Shown here: positions 12,347 to 26,100 of the stretch, one piece after another | How the letters are laid out: the number at the start of each line of letters is the position of its first letter | How positions within the stretch are numbered: position 1 is the stretch's first letter | DNA from: Dudresnaya verticillata | Lineage: Eukaryota | DNA: 64,000 bases | Direction: 5' to 3' | Assembly (NCBI GenBank): GCA_977862235.1 | Contig: OZ374558.1 | Coordinates: 1,984,001 to 2,048,000, forward strand | Notes under the pieces: generated by a model | The model's input: the letters and a program-made list of their open reading frames with translations, nothing else | What the model was told of the DNA's origin: nothing | Databases searched by the model: none | Program-made: the position numbers and the translations under genes

Positions 12347-13660
12347 CCACACCCACATACCTCAGGATATAGCCAACTTTCAAACATAGATATTGGATAT
12401 CACAATACCACTTACTAATACTTTCATGCCCCATTGCGCCGACCACGTGCCAGGGCGCCAATTTCCAAAGGTCAAGCATACAATAGCTGCAGCTGGCGGA
12501 CGATCTGAGTTAAACAAGGCACGCAACTGCGCGACGAACTGGCGACGTTGCCGTCTCCTGAGCTCTACGCCCACTACGTTCTACGGTTGCGCGAGGATGG
12601 CCCCAGCCAGATGAATAGCGATACGCCTCGAGAGTGGCTCTACATACAAATCTTCTAGGATCTAGACCACCTCTGAACCGAAGCTGAGAGTCATATGCAG
12701 AAACGCGCTCCAGGTTGCAGATCGCGCAGATCCCGCACTCGGCCATGAGAGCGGAATCTTAAGTATGGAACAACGTGTGAACGCATGACGGCGACGGCGA
12801 TGATATATTGAGAATCGAACGGATCCCGTTTTCCGCTTGTGGCACAGTGCTCTCCGCAATGTTGCAGCGAAGAATGTGCTGCCGGATATCTTTCGAAAAC
12901 GGAGTAGTTTTGTGGAACTTTCCGGCAGCGTCACAATTTCCTAAGACACGGCCAAAAGTAAATCAGAAATTCGTCTTGTACCCTGTTTTAGCACATCATG
13001 TAAGTTTGGGGACGGTGCAGTGCCGCAAGCTGGAAACATGACGAGCGGCGCATTGCGTGAGCGAAAATGTGAGCATTGTCGGGACGTGCGAGATGAGACG
13101 AGCCTCGCATGACCGCGCCGCCAGTACCTTCGAAGGTACACCGCACCTCAACGGGATGCTTTCCTGAGATATGCAAGCCTTGTCGTCCTTATCGCGTTGA
13201 AGGCCCACAGTGGCATTCACATGCAGTCCAGTTTTCAACCTGTCTAATAGGCACTGTCAGGCCGTTCACGGAGCAAGGAGCCACCATGAAGATGGAACAG
13301 TGTGTGAGAACGTCGCCCTACATGATTCAAACCACCCATAGTTCGTGAAAGAGCACGAGCGTGGCAACTTATAGAAGGAGGGGCGTTGGGTCTTCGCCAA
13401 GGTGGTGATGAATCGAACGCTACGCTGTGACTCTACCGCAGAGCCCCAAGAATATTCTTAGGTATGTTTTTCTGGTGCACGTTGTATTCCAAACGTACCA
13501 AAACCCGAACACTGCCGTTCGCATTATCCTTGGTAGGAGATCCTAGCGGCCTGGAAGTGAGCAGGTTTGTTGACAGAGCTAGGGGCCGAGCGGGTTGAAA
13601 TGTTTTTGGCTCAAAGAAGAGCAGTAGAAGCAGCCTTCAAATATCGGCTTTGTCCGGAAA
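12347..13660. repeat. Module M copy 2 (partial)
   Basis: Homologous to the internal part of copy 1 and joins the CK1 3' flank. Confidence 0.9.
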
Positions 13661-13741
13661 CTTGAAAGGGAATGTACTAGTCTATGATCCGAGTCATCTA
13701 TACAGCCTTTACGAATCGAAAGAACTAATATGCTGTAGATA

Positions 13742-14869
13742 CTACATACTACCGATAATGTCTTGGAGCACCCTGTAATCTTCGTCTTGAACGTCAGAAA
13801 CACTCTCTAAGTACGTAAAGTATTCCTGTATGGCAGGAGGCACTGAGCTACACAGGCGAGTGATCGGGGTTCTGAGCTTCATCATTAAAATCTCATCTGC
13901 TTCGATATCCTGATCCCAAATTAATTTGCCTTGCAGCATGTGTAGAAGTACATATCCTAAGCTTTCAAATTCATCGGCTGGAGACTGAACGTGATGGCAA
14001 TGTGCAGCTATTGGGGCATATATCAACGTCCCGACGAACGGCACCTCAACCTGCTCAGCTTCTTGAAAGAAACATGATGTACCAAAATCGATTACATGTA
14101 TGTAGTTGAGGTTGTCTCGATCGAACACAATATTTGCAGGTTTAAGGTCGCGGTGAAGATAGCCAAGACCATGCAATTTTCGAAGGCGATGGAGCACCTG
14201 GATTCCGATACTAGCTGTGAGTTTGGCAGATAGGCGCCCTCCACTTACATCCATGAGAGATTCGATAGAGGGACCATGCAAGTTCATGACCATAAAAGGA
14301 TAGCCCGAATGACTTGCGAGATATCTGCAAGGTGGAAAATGTTCCGGATACCTCTCGTTCAATATTCTATAGAGTCCAAATTCCAAATTAACGAATGACG
14401 CATCCACTTCGAGTGGGTTATTTTCCACCTTGACTGCGGCAGTCTCATTTCGGTGCAAATCAAATGCCTCATAGACACCGCCGCATGCGCCGCTACCAAT
14501 CTTCCTTTTCAGAGCCCACCGGCCAGCTAGAAGCTCGCCTTCGAATGCAGGCGCGCGCACTGGATGACTCAGCTCTTCTTCAGATTGCATTTTTTGTTGT
14601 CTCACCTGACCCGTGGCAGCGCCGGTAGGTAACTCGTATGCCTCTTTTGACAATCTAGCTTCCACAATATTCTTGCTTTCAATGACATGGTTTTTTTCAA
14701 TCGGCTTCAAATCGCGGTTTTGATTTTCATGACGCTTGTCCCCGGAAACATTGATACCCCCAATCTTCAGGTCCTTCATTCTGACTGAGACGAAGATATT
14801 CTGGCCCGAGTTTCGTCCAGCTACAATGGTGCGAAGGGAAGTTTTTTGTTGAGAAAATGCTTGTCCCAT
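13742..14869 (-). CDS. Divergent casein kinase 1-like Ser/Thr kinase, copy 2 (375 aa from MGQAFS; frame open to 15034)
   Basis: Motifs KIGSGACGGVY, AAVKVE, MVMNLHGPS, YLHRDLKPAN, IDFG, FVGTLIYA and SPADEFESLGYVL (CK1-type SRRDDLESLGY). No APE motif, as in CK1. Confidence 0.9.
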   Translation of the reverse strand: MGQAFSQQKTSLRTIVAGRNSGQNIFVSVRMKDLKIGGINVSGDKRHENQNRDLKPIEKNHVIESKNIVEARLSKEAYELPTGAATGQVRQQKMQSEEELSHPVRAPAFEGELLAGRWALKRKIGSGACGGVYEAFDLHRNETAAVKVENNPLEVDASFVNLEFGLYRILNERYPEHFPPCRYLASHSGYPFMVMNLHGPSIESLMDVSGGRLSAKLTASIGIQVLHRLRKLHGLGYLHRDLKPANIVFDRDNLNYIHVIDFGTSCFFQEAEQVEVPFVGTLIYAPIAAHCHHVQSPADEFESLGYVLLHMLQGKLIWDQDIEADEILMMKLRTPITRLCSSVPPAIQEYFTYLESVSDVQDEDYRVLQDIIGSM

Positions 14870-15816
14870 ATTTGCGTTCTGATTTGAATACTCTGTGGCT
14901 CGAATGCTGTTCCGAAACGTTGCGGAAGAAAGCTTTGATAAGCACTTATTGACGGGGTGTTCTTTGGAGAGCTTGTTTTTCTCAAGAAAGTTTATGTATA
15001 AAATGAACTCTAGCGTCATTACGGCACGGCCCAAACCTTTTTTCCTTTTTTTCTATATTTGTGACAGCACTTGGGAATCACACCTACAGTGGCAATAAAC
15101 TTTATTGGGAGCATGGTACCATCATTGCAGGCATCACAGAAGTCACGAAAAGATTACTCGGTCTTGGAACGCGTTTGCCACGTCACACACAAGCATCCAA
15201 CAGTATACTCACAGAATATGTAGGATGTGCTCGACCTGGGTAGACAGCATTTAGCACATTATCGATAAAATGAAGTCGGCAGATAGTTAGACGTGAACAC
15301 GAGCAGTTGTTCTTCAACGTAAATTCCGGAGTGTAACCCTTTCTTAATTGTGTCCATAAAGAGAAGGCCTTTTTTGTCAACTAATGTCCCACCCAAACGA
15401 CAAGGGTTGCTGTAGCCGTTGTTCTATAATGAAGGATGACAAATACTTTCTTTACAGCAACAAGTTTCCCATGGCGGACATCTCGGCCATGTTTTCTACG
15501 ACATGGGTTTATTCGCGCAGTTGCAGAACGCCTCCACGTCGTATCTTTATTACGGCATTTTAATGCAACAACCTTTTTGTTTCAGCGCTGTCGCACACTC
15601 AGCGCATTTTTTGTGCCGTCCTCCTATTCTATTGCCTACGATATTCGCAAGTAGCGTAGCCATATCCAACCGTTGTGAAAAAGAAGCCATGTCGAATTGC
15701 CGACTCCTTCCATTTTTAGTATTATTTTTAACGCAGTCGTACCTGATTCGTCCAGTCGCCTCATTCGCATCGCCGATTGGCCGTGCGCGATTTGATCCCA
15801 GATATTTTGTACAGAG

Positions 15817-16293
15817 AGAGAGAGACCTTTATTAAACAACAAGAGAGAAGCCCCTTAAGGGGGCTTAGGATTCAGAGCTACCATAAAGAGGCGGAGGAGC
15901 AAGCTTGCGGCGGTTGACACTCACCGCCACGCATTGGAGAACTAAAGAGAGTAAACGAGTAGTGAGGCGAAGTTTCTCCGTAGACGGAGAGGTCCCGCGC
16001 TTGCTGGCAATGAAATTAGCAATACGTTGGGCGCCAACTTCAAAGCCAGATCCAACACGGCCATAGACATCTACAACCATAGGATGGATAACCATATCCA
16101 AACTAGCGCACACGCGGCGGTAATGAGAGCGTTTGACACGTTCGCGAGCTGCAATGGCTTGGCCAGCAACGCGACCAGTGGAACCATGAATAGAATGGGG
16201 ACTGACGACCGAGACATCAAATCCATGGGGGTGAGGGGCAAAGCCACGATCATCAACGAAAATATCCATACGCAGTTGGTCACGTGGATCAAC
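15817..16293 (-). mobile_element. 5'-truncated CRE-like non-LTR fragment, copy c
   Basis: Identical to 1224..1700, flanked by the 99-bp direct repeat (15718..15816 and 16294..16392). Confidence 0.9.
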
Positions 16294-18560
16294 AGTATTA
16301 TTTTTAACGCAGTCGTACCTGATTCGCCCAGTCGCCTCATTCTCATCGCCGATTGGCCGTGCGCGATTTGATCCCAGATATTTTGTACAGAGCGCGGAGC
16401 GACGCCGAGCGGCAATCGCTCCAATCACCTCCATCCCGGCCGTGATACCTCCTCAGCCCACAAGTCCCACTACCGCCTTCGTCAACCTCGTGTTCTCGTC
16501 CGAGTCGCGCCAGCGCCCTTTTCAGACAGCGACGAAAAGAGCACGTGCCCTTGAATCGAGCGTGTGATCAAGCGTCAACCGGGAGGCGGAATCGGCGCGC
16601 GTGGGGAATAGCAGGGAGGCGACAACCGCGGCAGCCATGGAGTCACCGTCGTTGTGCGGGAGGTTGAACGAACTTGCTCTGCGAAACAAATATGTAACGG
16701 TGAGCTGAGCAAGGCACCGCCTGGTTGTGAAGATCTCGCCACCGCCAGGAGAGGGTGCCGTTGGTGAGGCCGAGTTTCTCCTGTTCCATCGGACTCAATA
16801 GTCTGGCCCGACCACATGCGACAAGTGGAAGCGGCCTGCCAATGACATTGCTTCGTGTTTTACGTCTAATACCACTCTGTATGGGACATAAAGGACCGTT
16901 GTGGGCGGAGAATGAGAGAGGCATAACATAAGCGGTTCTACCGTGCAATACTCTTCTCGAGATTTGCCTACATGACGAATCAGTTTTTGTTTTTCTACTG
17001 CAACGAGTCCAGAAAGTGTGAGATCATGGACCTTGACGTGATCACATGGCGTTTCGATGACGATGATACCTAAGAGAGCGCGTCTTGTCAACGACGTTCC
17101 TGGGTTTATGCTCCAAGGCGTATGGTAACGAAGGTAATGCTCGCCTGTTACTGCGCACGCGGGATACAAGTAGAGGCACGCACCTCCCACCACCCAACAA
17201 CCAAGATGACCGATCAGAATCACCCCACCAAACACAGCCGTCTATCGACAGGGGCCGAACAAAATCGAACTTCTTGGATCCGCGCAACCTAGTCGCTGAG
17301 ATGCACCAAACCTTGTTCATCATGACCGATGCTACAAATCCGGACAAAAGGATGCAGTTTCTCGAAGCAGTCGTTTCTCGAAGCAGGCGTTTCTCGAAGC
17401 AGGCGTTTCTCAAAGCAGGCTAGACGGAGCTAGCGCAGGGAAAGCTCCAGTATTACCGCTATCTCGAAGACCACCTCCCGGTACATATACATTTCGATAT
17501 GGCCGAAATGTGCATCCCACAAAGTGTGATCCTGGCGCCCCTCCTGTGCAGAGGGAGGGGCTTTTTCGTCGATCCGGCGCGGAGAGAGAGGAATACAGCT
17601 GCTCACGATTTGGTGCAGATTACAATCGCGCTGCAGAAGCAATACGGTCGCGGACATTGTTCGCAAAGACACATCCTCGTTCTGCGTCGAGAAGAATATA
17701 ATGAAGAAGGCGTTGGCTTCTTGGTAGGAAGGCTGCAAGACGTGTGGCTCTATCCCGTAGATCCGTTGAGGGATTGTGCGCTGGGTCCGACACGCCACTG
17801 TCGCACCTTACGCCCCGGCTTCGGTGGGGTTGGGCGGCGAGGCGCAGCACATGCGCCGTCCCGCAATGGGCACATTTGGTTGGACGTATGGTGCGACAGG
17901 TGTCCTAACAGGAAGCTCTGCACCGTTTGATTGGCTCAAGTTCGAAGCACGTCGTCTTCCGAACCGCCTCCGTCGCTCAGCACGCATTGACACGCATTGC
18001 CACTGCAGGTGCGCAGCAGCATTGCATTCCACTGCATTCCAGCTATGCCACATTTCAGCACTACGTCTTCAAATTGCGTACAAACGTGCACTGTAGCACA
18101 TCCGTACCTCCCCCACATTGATCCTCCGCCATGACGTGATTCTGTTCCTAACATCGCGATTTCCCGCTCCAAAACCGCCGCGCTGTCGCCGAGGTCACCG
18201 CCGACACCGTTCACCGCCAATCGCGGGAGCGTCTTCGTCCAAACCCTACTCCCGCCCGCTACAGGCGCCATTCCCGCGTGTCACGCCCACCCGGCCGTCG
18301 CATCCGCCCCCACCATTCTCTCGTCACGCCCACCCGCGCCAAGACCGCGAAAAAAACCGCCCGCAACTTATAATGCCCGGTCCCCCCTGCTCCGCCTCAC
18401 CACACCCCTCGCCTCCCTTCCAAGTTTCAAGCACATCCCCCACCGTCTTCGAACGCTCGTACACACCCGCACAACCGTTGCCAGCCCTCTCTCTCTGTCC
18501 CCTCATCTCTCCCCGCCGCTGCCTCGAACCTGCCCTCCACCTCGCAACGGCAACCTCACC

Positions 18561-19451
18561 ATGAACTTCCAGCACAACGACCCGCCGCTTCCGTCCTCCT
18601 CCGCCCCGGCCCCGGCCCTGGCCTCTACCTCGTCCCCGACCTCGGCCCCGGCCTCCGCCTCGGCCTCGGCCCCGGCCTCGGCCCCGGCCTCTGCTGCCGA
18701 CCAGATCCACATCCAGCTGGGCAGGATCGATGCCCCGATGCCCCGAAGAGAGCCAAGGCCAGTCGTGCCAGCCCGCACCTCCCCGCCGAGAAGGGCAAGG
18801 CAGAGTTGGCCGCAGCAATCGCCGCCAATTATCAGGATCCGGGCCGCAACGTCAAGGATAGATTCAAGCGCACCGTCGCTGGGTGCAACAATTCCTTCCT
18901 GTCCAGGTACAACCTCAAAGCCCTACAGATGTACGGAGTGTGGTTGATGCGCGTGCGAGCTTGGTGAGCGTGGTTGATGCGCGTGCGAGCTTGGTGAGCG
19001 TGGTTGATGCGCGTGCGAGCACGCGCATCAACCAGACTCCGTACATCTGCAAGGAGACCAACTGCGGTAAGCGGTTCAAGTGGAAGAGCAGCTTGTTACA
19101 TCATTGCAGGTCCCACGGCGTCAAGCGCCTCGCTCGCTTACAATCATGAGAGTCAGAGTCAGGGCGCGGCGAGCGCGGGCGCAGCTGCCGCGCATGCTGC
19201 AAAGCTGTCCTAGCAGCACAACCCCGGTCACATCAACTCCGCTCACATCGCCATTGTCGATGGGCCGCGTGCAAGCGAGCCGGTCAACGCCACGGCCGCA
19301 GGCGTTCCATCTGGCAATGCGCCGCGGGTCTGAATGGAGTGATCGGGTTTGGAGACCTGATGCGCCGGATCGTATGGGCGCTGATCAGCTTCCGGGTGAG
19401 CACGTGGAGAGTTTCATGCAGGGTGACCTCATTCCTGGGCAGCATAACTAA
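18561..19451 (+). pseudogene. C2H2 zinc-finger protein pseudogene, copy 2
   Basis: Identical to 4544..5434 at +14,017. Confidence 0.75.
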
Positions 19452-20578
19452 GAAGCAGATGCGGGAGGAGCTCAACAATTAACATTGTAGCACTAATCGA
19501 CTGTAGATTAACTTGTCTCACCCCGTTTCGCTTCTCCCTGTTGTGAATACTCTTGTGGATATCTGCTTTTGTTTGTTTTGTAAATCTCACTGTGTTTGGA
19601 GCGCTAGCTGCGCTCGATCTCGTGTATATCGCTTTACTCTTCTGTTGCCACTGGGAGCGCGGCCACTACCTCTGCGATCGGTGCGAGGACGAATCTCAGA
19701 TGTTTGGTTGAGAACGAATGGATTATGAATGGTCTATGACGCTTGCGTTGAGAGGGTTGGAGGTGGGCGGCATGCTCGCTCAAAAGTTCACGCTTCGTGT
19801 TAAAGCTTCGCTGGGTAAGGAGAGGGGGTTGGGGGCGGCGAATGGGAAGGTTCGTAAATGCCACCTCACTGCGAGCTTCCGCTCGCGGTTATCGGCAAGT
19901 CGGAGGGCGGAAGGCAGGGTATGCCTGGACAATACGGGTGCGCTTCGCGGGCTTGCCAGGGACGTTTACCATTCGGCTCAGATGGAGGCTGGAATGTCGG
20001 CATAGCGTGAGGGGCAGCGGAGGTATTCCTGGAGTATCGATAAGGGGAGCATATGGACAGCGTTGCGTTGATTGTTTGCTGTGTGTGCCGGCAGGCAGGC
20101 GGCAGTGGGCTTGCGCGAGCGCGCGAGTTTCCGCAGTCCTGCGGATAGCTTGTGTTGGATGGATACCGCGGTTTGCCCTTTGCCTCGGGGACCGGAAGGC
20201 TGGATCGTGGGAAAACGTCTTTTTTTACGGCTAGCTCAGGCCAGGGCATTGGATGACTTGGAGTTTTGCAGAGTATCAGAAACTGGCGCGAAAAGTTTGC
20301 CGTGGAAACTCGAGAACAAATTCGTCGGCCGCTTCCAGTCTTGACGAAACGCCCGCATGCTGGGAAAGTTTCTTAACACGTTTATGGGCCTTTCCGCCCA
20401 TCTGCGTTGCTTTTCCGCACCCCTGCTACATCAACCTGCTACATTCGCCCACCGTTTTCTCTCTCATAGACCTCCTCTCCCTTTCCACGCAGCCTCCGCT
20501 CGAGTCGCACGTCAGTTGGCGTGTCAACCCATCGGTCCCAAACTGTTCCCAGCCTGCAACCACACCACCGCCGACAAG

Positions 20579-21466
20579 ATGAACTCCCTTGCAAAGGCCG
20601 GCCCTGGTCACCCACAAACAACTGCGATCACCGGGGCTGGACCAAAGCCTCAGAAACGCCATTCCGCCAAGCCCAACAAGGAGACCTCGTATCTCGACAA
20701 AAGGGCATCGAGCAAGGTCTGTTCAGGCCAAACGGAGCTCACAGCACGGGTGCCCACTGCGCTTGAGCATTCTGATGCATCACGTGCTCAGAAGGATAGT
20801 GTGGTCAGTAATGAGGGCGGCAAACTTCAGCAAAAGCGTCGCTCTTGTAGAGAGGCATACAAACTTGCGGGCTTCCGTCTACCCGAGAAACGACTTCCGA
20901 TGCCTGATCCGCTCCCTCTCAAGCCCGTTGTGCGTTTCGCAAAGCCCAGCAGCAAAACTCTGTGGTCCGTGATTCGAGACGACGAGTGCAAGTTGGAAGA
21001 GTTGTTCAAGCGACTTTCCAACCGTCCAGTCTACAACCCCGAAGCGCAAAGGCAGGTTCTCGACATCAGTAAGAAATGCTTCGACGCTGTGTCCCAACGC
21101 CGTGAAGTTATCAAAGGGGAGCTGAAGTCGTACCAAGAGAAGCTCGTGGTTGTCTGCGATCGGGAGACGAACGCAAACACAAGCGGTAACAAGAAGAGCT
21201 CGAATTCGTGGCAGGTAGTCGAGGAGCGATCATCTGCCACGAAAACCAAGAGGATCGAAGAGGACATTGGGCATCTCCAGAGGATTCTCCGGGAACAGGA
21301 CGGATTGTACCACTCCATTCGATACCAGCGTCGGGATGTAAAGCGCGAGATTGGAGTCGTTAAGGGAAGAATTTGGGATGCTTGCAAGAGGCATTGGAAA
21401 GCTCAAAATGCCTGGTTTCTCAATGAAAGGATCTTCAGCGCTCAGAGAAGCATGGGGAAGAAGTGA
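20579..21466 (+). CDS. Hypothetical basic, coiled-coil-rich protein, copy 2
   Basis: Translation identical to copy 1. Confidence 0.5.
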   Translation: MNSLAKAGPGHPQTTAITGAGPKPQKRHSAKPNKETSYLDKRASSKVCSGQTELTARVPTALEHSDASRAQKDSVVSNEGGKLQQKRRSCREAYKLAGFRLPEKRLPMPDPLPLKPVVRFAKPSSKTLWSVIRDDECKLEELFKRLSNRPVYNPEAQRQVLDISKKCFDAVSQRREVIKGELKSYQEKLVVVCDRETNANTSGNKKSSNSWQVVEERSSATKTKRIEEDIGHLQRILREQDGLYHSIRYQRRDVKREIGVVKGRIWDACKRHWKAQNAWFLNERIFSAQRSMGKK

Positions 21467-23163
21467 TGGCTTCGTTGTTGACCTCACAGATACTAAGCGG
21501 TTTAACAGTGATATCTGGATCAAGTCTCCAGTCGCTACCGGGATATTGTCCGGCACTTGGTGAGAAAGTTTGGATACTGTTTGTTTGTAGTACTACGCCA
21601 TCAGGTTGCTCTTGTGATTCCTTTCGTCGAAGCAGACGCACTCCAAACCAGCATGATTAAACTAATACTAAGGTACCACTCCTGTCGGTATCCGCACTAA
21701 ATCTCGAGCGGCACGTTACCCATGCCCATATACTAACGAACTCGGCAGTCTTTCCCCTCCAACAATAACCGCAACCGCTCCTGCCCGCTCGGAGCACAAC
21801 ACTGCCGAACTCCGGCGTGACCTCCGTCATCTCCGCCGCTTATCATTTCTATCTACTGAGGCTAAGCGCGACCAACTATGCATGGAAGTCTATTTTGACG
21901 ATCCAGCCTTTGCAAATCGCGCCTGTCCCAAGGCTTTGAAGTCTCTATGGTCAGTCTCCGTTCTCCCCACCTTCGCTCAGCTCGCTCCTCCCTAGGGCGC
22001 TATTGCGTTACGGGAAAAAGGCGAAACGCATACACTATCGCCTGTTATGTCCCCACAATGACATCGACTTTCATCCTATGGCCATGGATACCTACGCCTT
22101 CATTTTCTCTGGTATTCCACTGTCGTGCCCAACGGATCGCCAACTTCAAGCCGACCAAAAAGGGCACTTCTCTGATGAATACAGTTAACTTTGGCCTCGT
22201 TCGTTCATCGATTTCAAGTCTTCCACGACGTAAACCGCTAACCGTAAGACGTAAAACGTAAGGCGCAAACCGTAAACATAGACTGTTCACAACAGAGAGC
22301 GAGGGCTTTCAGACCGGATCTTGCTTTCAGACGACCTTCTGGAGAAGGTTGTCCATGCTGTAGCACCATCAATCTTCGTTGTCCTAGGGGCTGTCTGGGC
22401 GTCGTGTGCACAGACAAGAATGCTACGAGAGGCTATGCGCAAGGCCACTTTTCTGTTTGTAGCACAGCGGACAGCGGACATTGCGCAAAGAAGGATAAAA
22501 GTACGTAATTTGCATACAGTGGCACATCAACGCTTTGGGTATCTGGTACCGTCGCCGTACCGTCGTGGTCTCGTCATGGTCCCGTCGTGGTCTCGTCATG
22601 GTCCCGCCATGGTCCCGCCATGGTACACCGCCATGGTACCGTCGTCGCCCCGTCGTCGCCCCGTCGTCGCCCCGTCGTCGCCCCTTCATCGTCCAATCGT
22701 CGTCCCGTCGTCGTCGCGTCGTCGTCTCGTCGTCATTCAATCGTGGTCCACTCGTCGTCCAGTCGGCAGTGATGGCCATAGCGGCGTTTTACAGCGTTAA
22801 CGGCGACGAGCACTCTGAATGTTTCTCTTCTCTGACACCGGCACGGCTGAAAGTGCCTCAATGGAGTGGAAAAGCCTCGAAAAGACGAAATGGCGTGCGT
22901 CTTGGCACCGAAACGGCCCGGCGTCTAGGCCCGTCGATGTCCAGCCGTTCTGTGTGTACTTGAGCGTACACGACCCGACTGACTTCAACCGACTGTGTAT
23001 CCCATCAGCCACCACGATGAACACGTCCGCTCAACCACCTGGGATCTAGCACTGGAACAGGCTGCGGCAGGTTGTACAGCGTGTTACACGCGTTGACTGC
23101 GCAATTGACAGCGCAGCTGATGGCACATGGCAACGCTGGCGACGCAGCTGACGGCGCTCTTGC

Positions 23164-26100
23164 CACTACGCTCTGCACAACTTGGTAACGTCACCAAGGC
23201 GATGAAGCACACATCTCGGGTTCTCTATGTGAGGTTTCGTCACTTCTCCGGTGTCACAAAATGGAACCGGCAAAATATGTTTGCAATGTTGTGGAGTGAG
23301 CGTCTAGCTACCAAACTGCTGTGTATGCAAGAGCACTCTGTATTGACTGGTACGCCTTAAACCTGCACGCGGTTCGTTCCCAAGGAATGCCAAACTCTGG
23401 TACCAGCACATTCGACAGCTCAAGAGCCAGGGCCCTTATGCGATGCGAGGGGTTCATACTGTTATACTCTCACGCTGCGCGTAGCTTATGAGGCCTTCCG
23501 TGATCAGTCAAGACTCGCATGGTCTCATCTTTTGTAGCGCGTCAATGCATTGTTCATGTGGACAGTTTTCAAATGGACATTGTTCACATGGAAATAGGGG
23601 CAGGGCTTCTACCAGCCAAATAAACCGCTAATATTGGAACCCCATTGTTCCATCTCTTTCAAGATTGCATAGTCCTATCCATCTCATCGACCTCAGCGAC
23701 CTGAAGAACGTAAATATTGTGTTGCATCGATTAGAGGTCCTCGTTTCAATATTATTTCAATTCGTGACCCGCTCTGTGCACACCCACATACCTCAGGATA
23801 TAGCCAACTTTCAAACATAGATATTGGATATCACAATACCACTTACTAATACTTTCATGCCCCATTGCGCCGACCACGTGCCAGGGTGCCAATTGCCAAA
23901 GGTCAAACATACAATAGCTGCAGCTGGCGGACGATCTGAGTTAAACAAGGCACGCAACTGCATGACGAACTGGCGACGTTGCTGTCTCCTGAGCCCTACG
24001 CCCACTACGTTCTACGGTTGCGCGAGGATGGCCCCAGCCAGATGAATAGCGATACGCTTCGGGAGTTGCTCTACATACAAATCTTCTAGGATCTAGACCA
24101 CCTCTGAACCGAAGCTGAGAGTCATATGCAGAAACGCGCTCCATGTTGCAGATCGCGCAGATCCCATACTCGGCCATGAGAGCGGAATCTTAAGTATGGC
24201 ACAACGTTTGAACGCATGACGGCGACGGCGATGATATATTTAGAATCGAACGGATCCCGTTTTCCGCTTGTGGCACAGTGCTCTCCGCAATGTTGCAGCG
24301 AAGAATGTGCTGCCGGATATCTTTCGAAAACGGAGTAGTTTTGTGGAACTTTCCGGCAGCGTCACAATTTCCTAAGACACGGCCAAAAGTAAATCAGAAA
24401 TTCGTCTTGTACCCTGTTCTAGCACATCATGTAAGTTTGGGGACGGTGCAGTGCCGCAAGCTGGAAACATGACGAGCGGCGCATTGCGTGAGCGAAAATG
24501 TGAGCATTGTCGGGACGTGCGAGATGAGACGAGCCTCGCATGACCGCGCCGCCAGTACCTTCGAAGGTACACCGCACCTCAACGGGATGCTTTCCTGAGA
24601 TATGCAAGCCTTGTCGTCCTTATCGCGTTGAAGGCCCACAGTGGCATTCACATGCAGTCCAGTTTTCAACCTGTCTAATAGGCACTGTCAGGTCGTTCAC
24701 AGAGCAAGGAGCCACCATGAAGATGGAACAGTGTGTGAGAACGTCGCCCTGCATGATTCAAACCACCCATAGTTCGTGAAAGAGCACGAGCGTGGCAACG
24801 TATAGAAGGAGGGGCGTTGGGCCTTCGCCAAGGTGGTGATGAATCGAACGCTACGCTTTGACTCTACCGCAGAGCCCCAAGAATATTCTTCGGTATGTTT
24901 TTCTGGTGCACGTTGTATTCCAAACGTACCAAAACCCGAACACTGCCGTTCGCATTATCCTTGATAGGAAATCCCGGCGACCTGGAGGTGAGCAGGTTGG
25001 TTGACACAGCTGAGGATCGAGCAGGTTGAAATGTGTTTCGCTCAAAGAAGACCGGTACAAGCAGCCTTCAAAGACCGGTTTTGTCCGGGAAGCGGCAGCG
25101 GTTCTGGACGGCGTGACCTTTGTTACATATTAAAGGCCGTCCCCTCTTCAACCTTGTACGGTCGGCGTGTAGTGGGTAATACAACCACATCTCTATGTCG
25201 ACGTTGCTCACCGAACGCCTTCTTCATCATTCGAACACCATAGCCGTACAGAGCTTTGCACGAGCCGTCGAAACAGAATTGCACGGATCGCCTGTCGAAG
25301 AATCAAGAACGGCACCTACTTCGAATTCCATTCCTTCTGTCTATATCAACTGAACCTCACTAGTCGACATGAAAGTATCGGTAACATATGTTTTTCTGAT
25401 TGCTCTCCATATCTTAATGACGCCGGACAACGGTCTAGTACAGTTAGAGTTAGACTTTCTGCATCGTTCCTTCCTCCTGAATTCTGTAACAGAGTGTTTG
25501 CCAATCGTGGAATGGGCCTGGTTGATCCTCCGAACCTGCTGGAGATCCCTACAAAACCTAAATAAAGCTCTACTAATATCAACGCAATGTGGCTGAGCAA
25601 GCTGTTAAAGAGTCCACCCTTCCGCTGCCGAAACACCCCCGACCACTGATGGGCTTCCTACTGCCATGATGAACACAAAAGAATAAAGCTGTGCTACTTG
25701 AGTGAGTGCGTTGGGCCACAGCCCCGCGCTACTGGCGTCAACTGATCAGTCTATTCTCAAGATATCTACGATTTCCGGCGGGGAATTCGGCTGCAGATGC
25801 CGAAACACATACACCCAAAGCTTTGGTTGAGTACATTCTAATATCACTACGCTTTGCACAATTTTGGTAGCGTCACCAAGGCGATGAAGCACACATCTCG
25901 GGTTCTCTATGTGAGGTTTCGTCACTTCTCCGGTGTCACAAAATGGAACCGGCAAAATATGTTTGCAATGTTGTGGAGTGAGCGTCTAGCTACCAAACTG
26001 CTGTGTATGCAAGAGCACTCTGTGTTGACTGGTACGCCTTAAACCTGCACGCGGTTCGTTCCCAAGGAATGCCAAACTCTGGTATCAGCACATTCGACAG

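Larger units (their letters stand above)
1..13660. repeat. Large tandem segmental duplication, unit 1
   Basis: ORF translations recur at +14,593 (1..~1700) and +14,017 (1800..~10,900) with almost no differences. Confidence 0.95.

Noticed and set aside
14870..15034. 55-codon N-terminal extension of the kinase ORF from the ORF track
   Set aside because: It starts at TTG in AT-rich sequence. MGQAFS at 14869 is a more plausible eukaryotic start, although the ATG at 15019 cannot be excluded.
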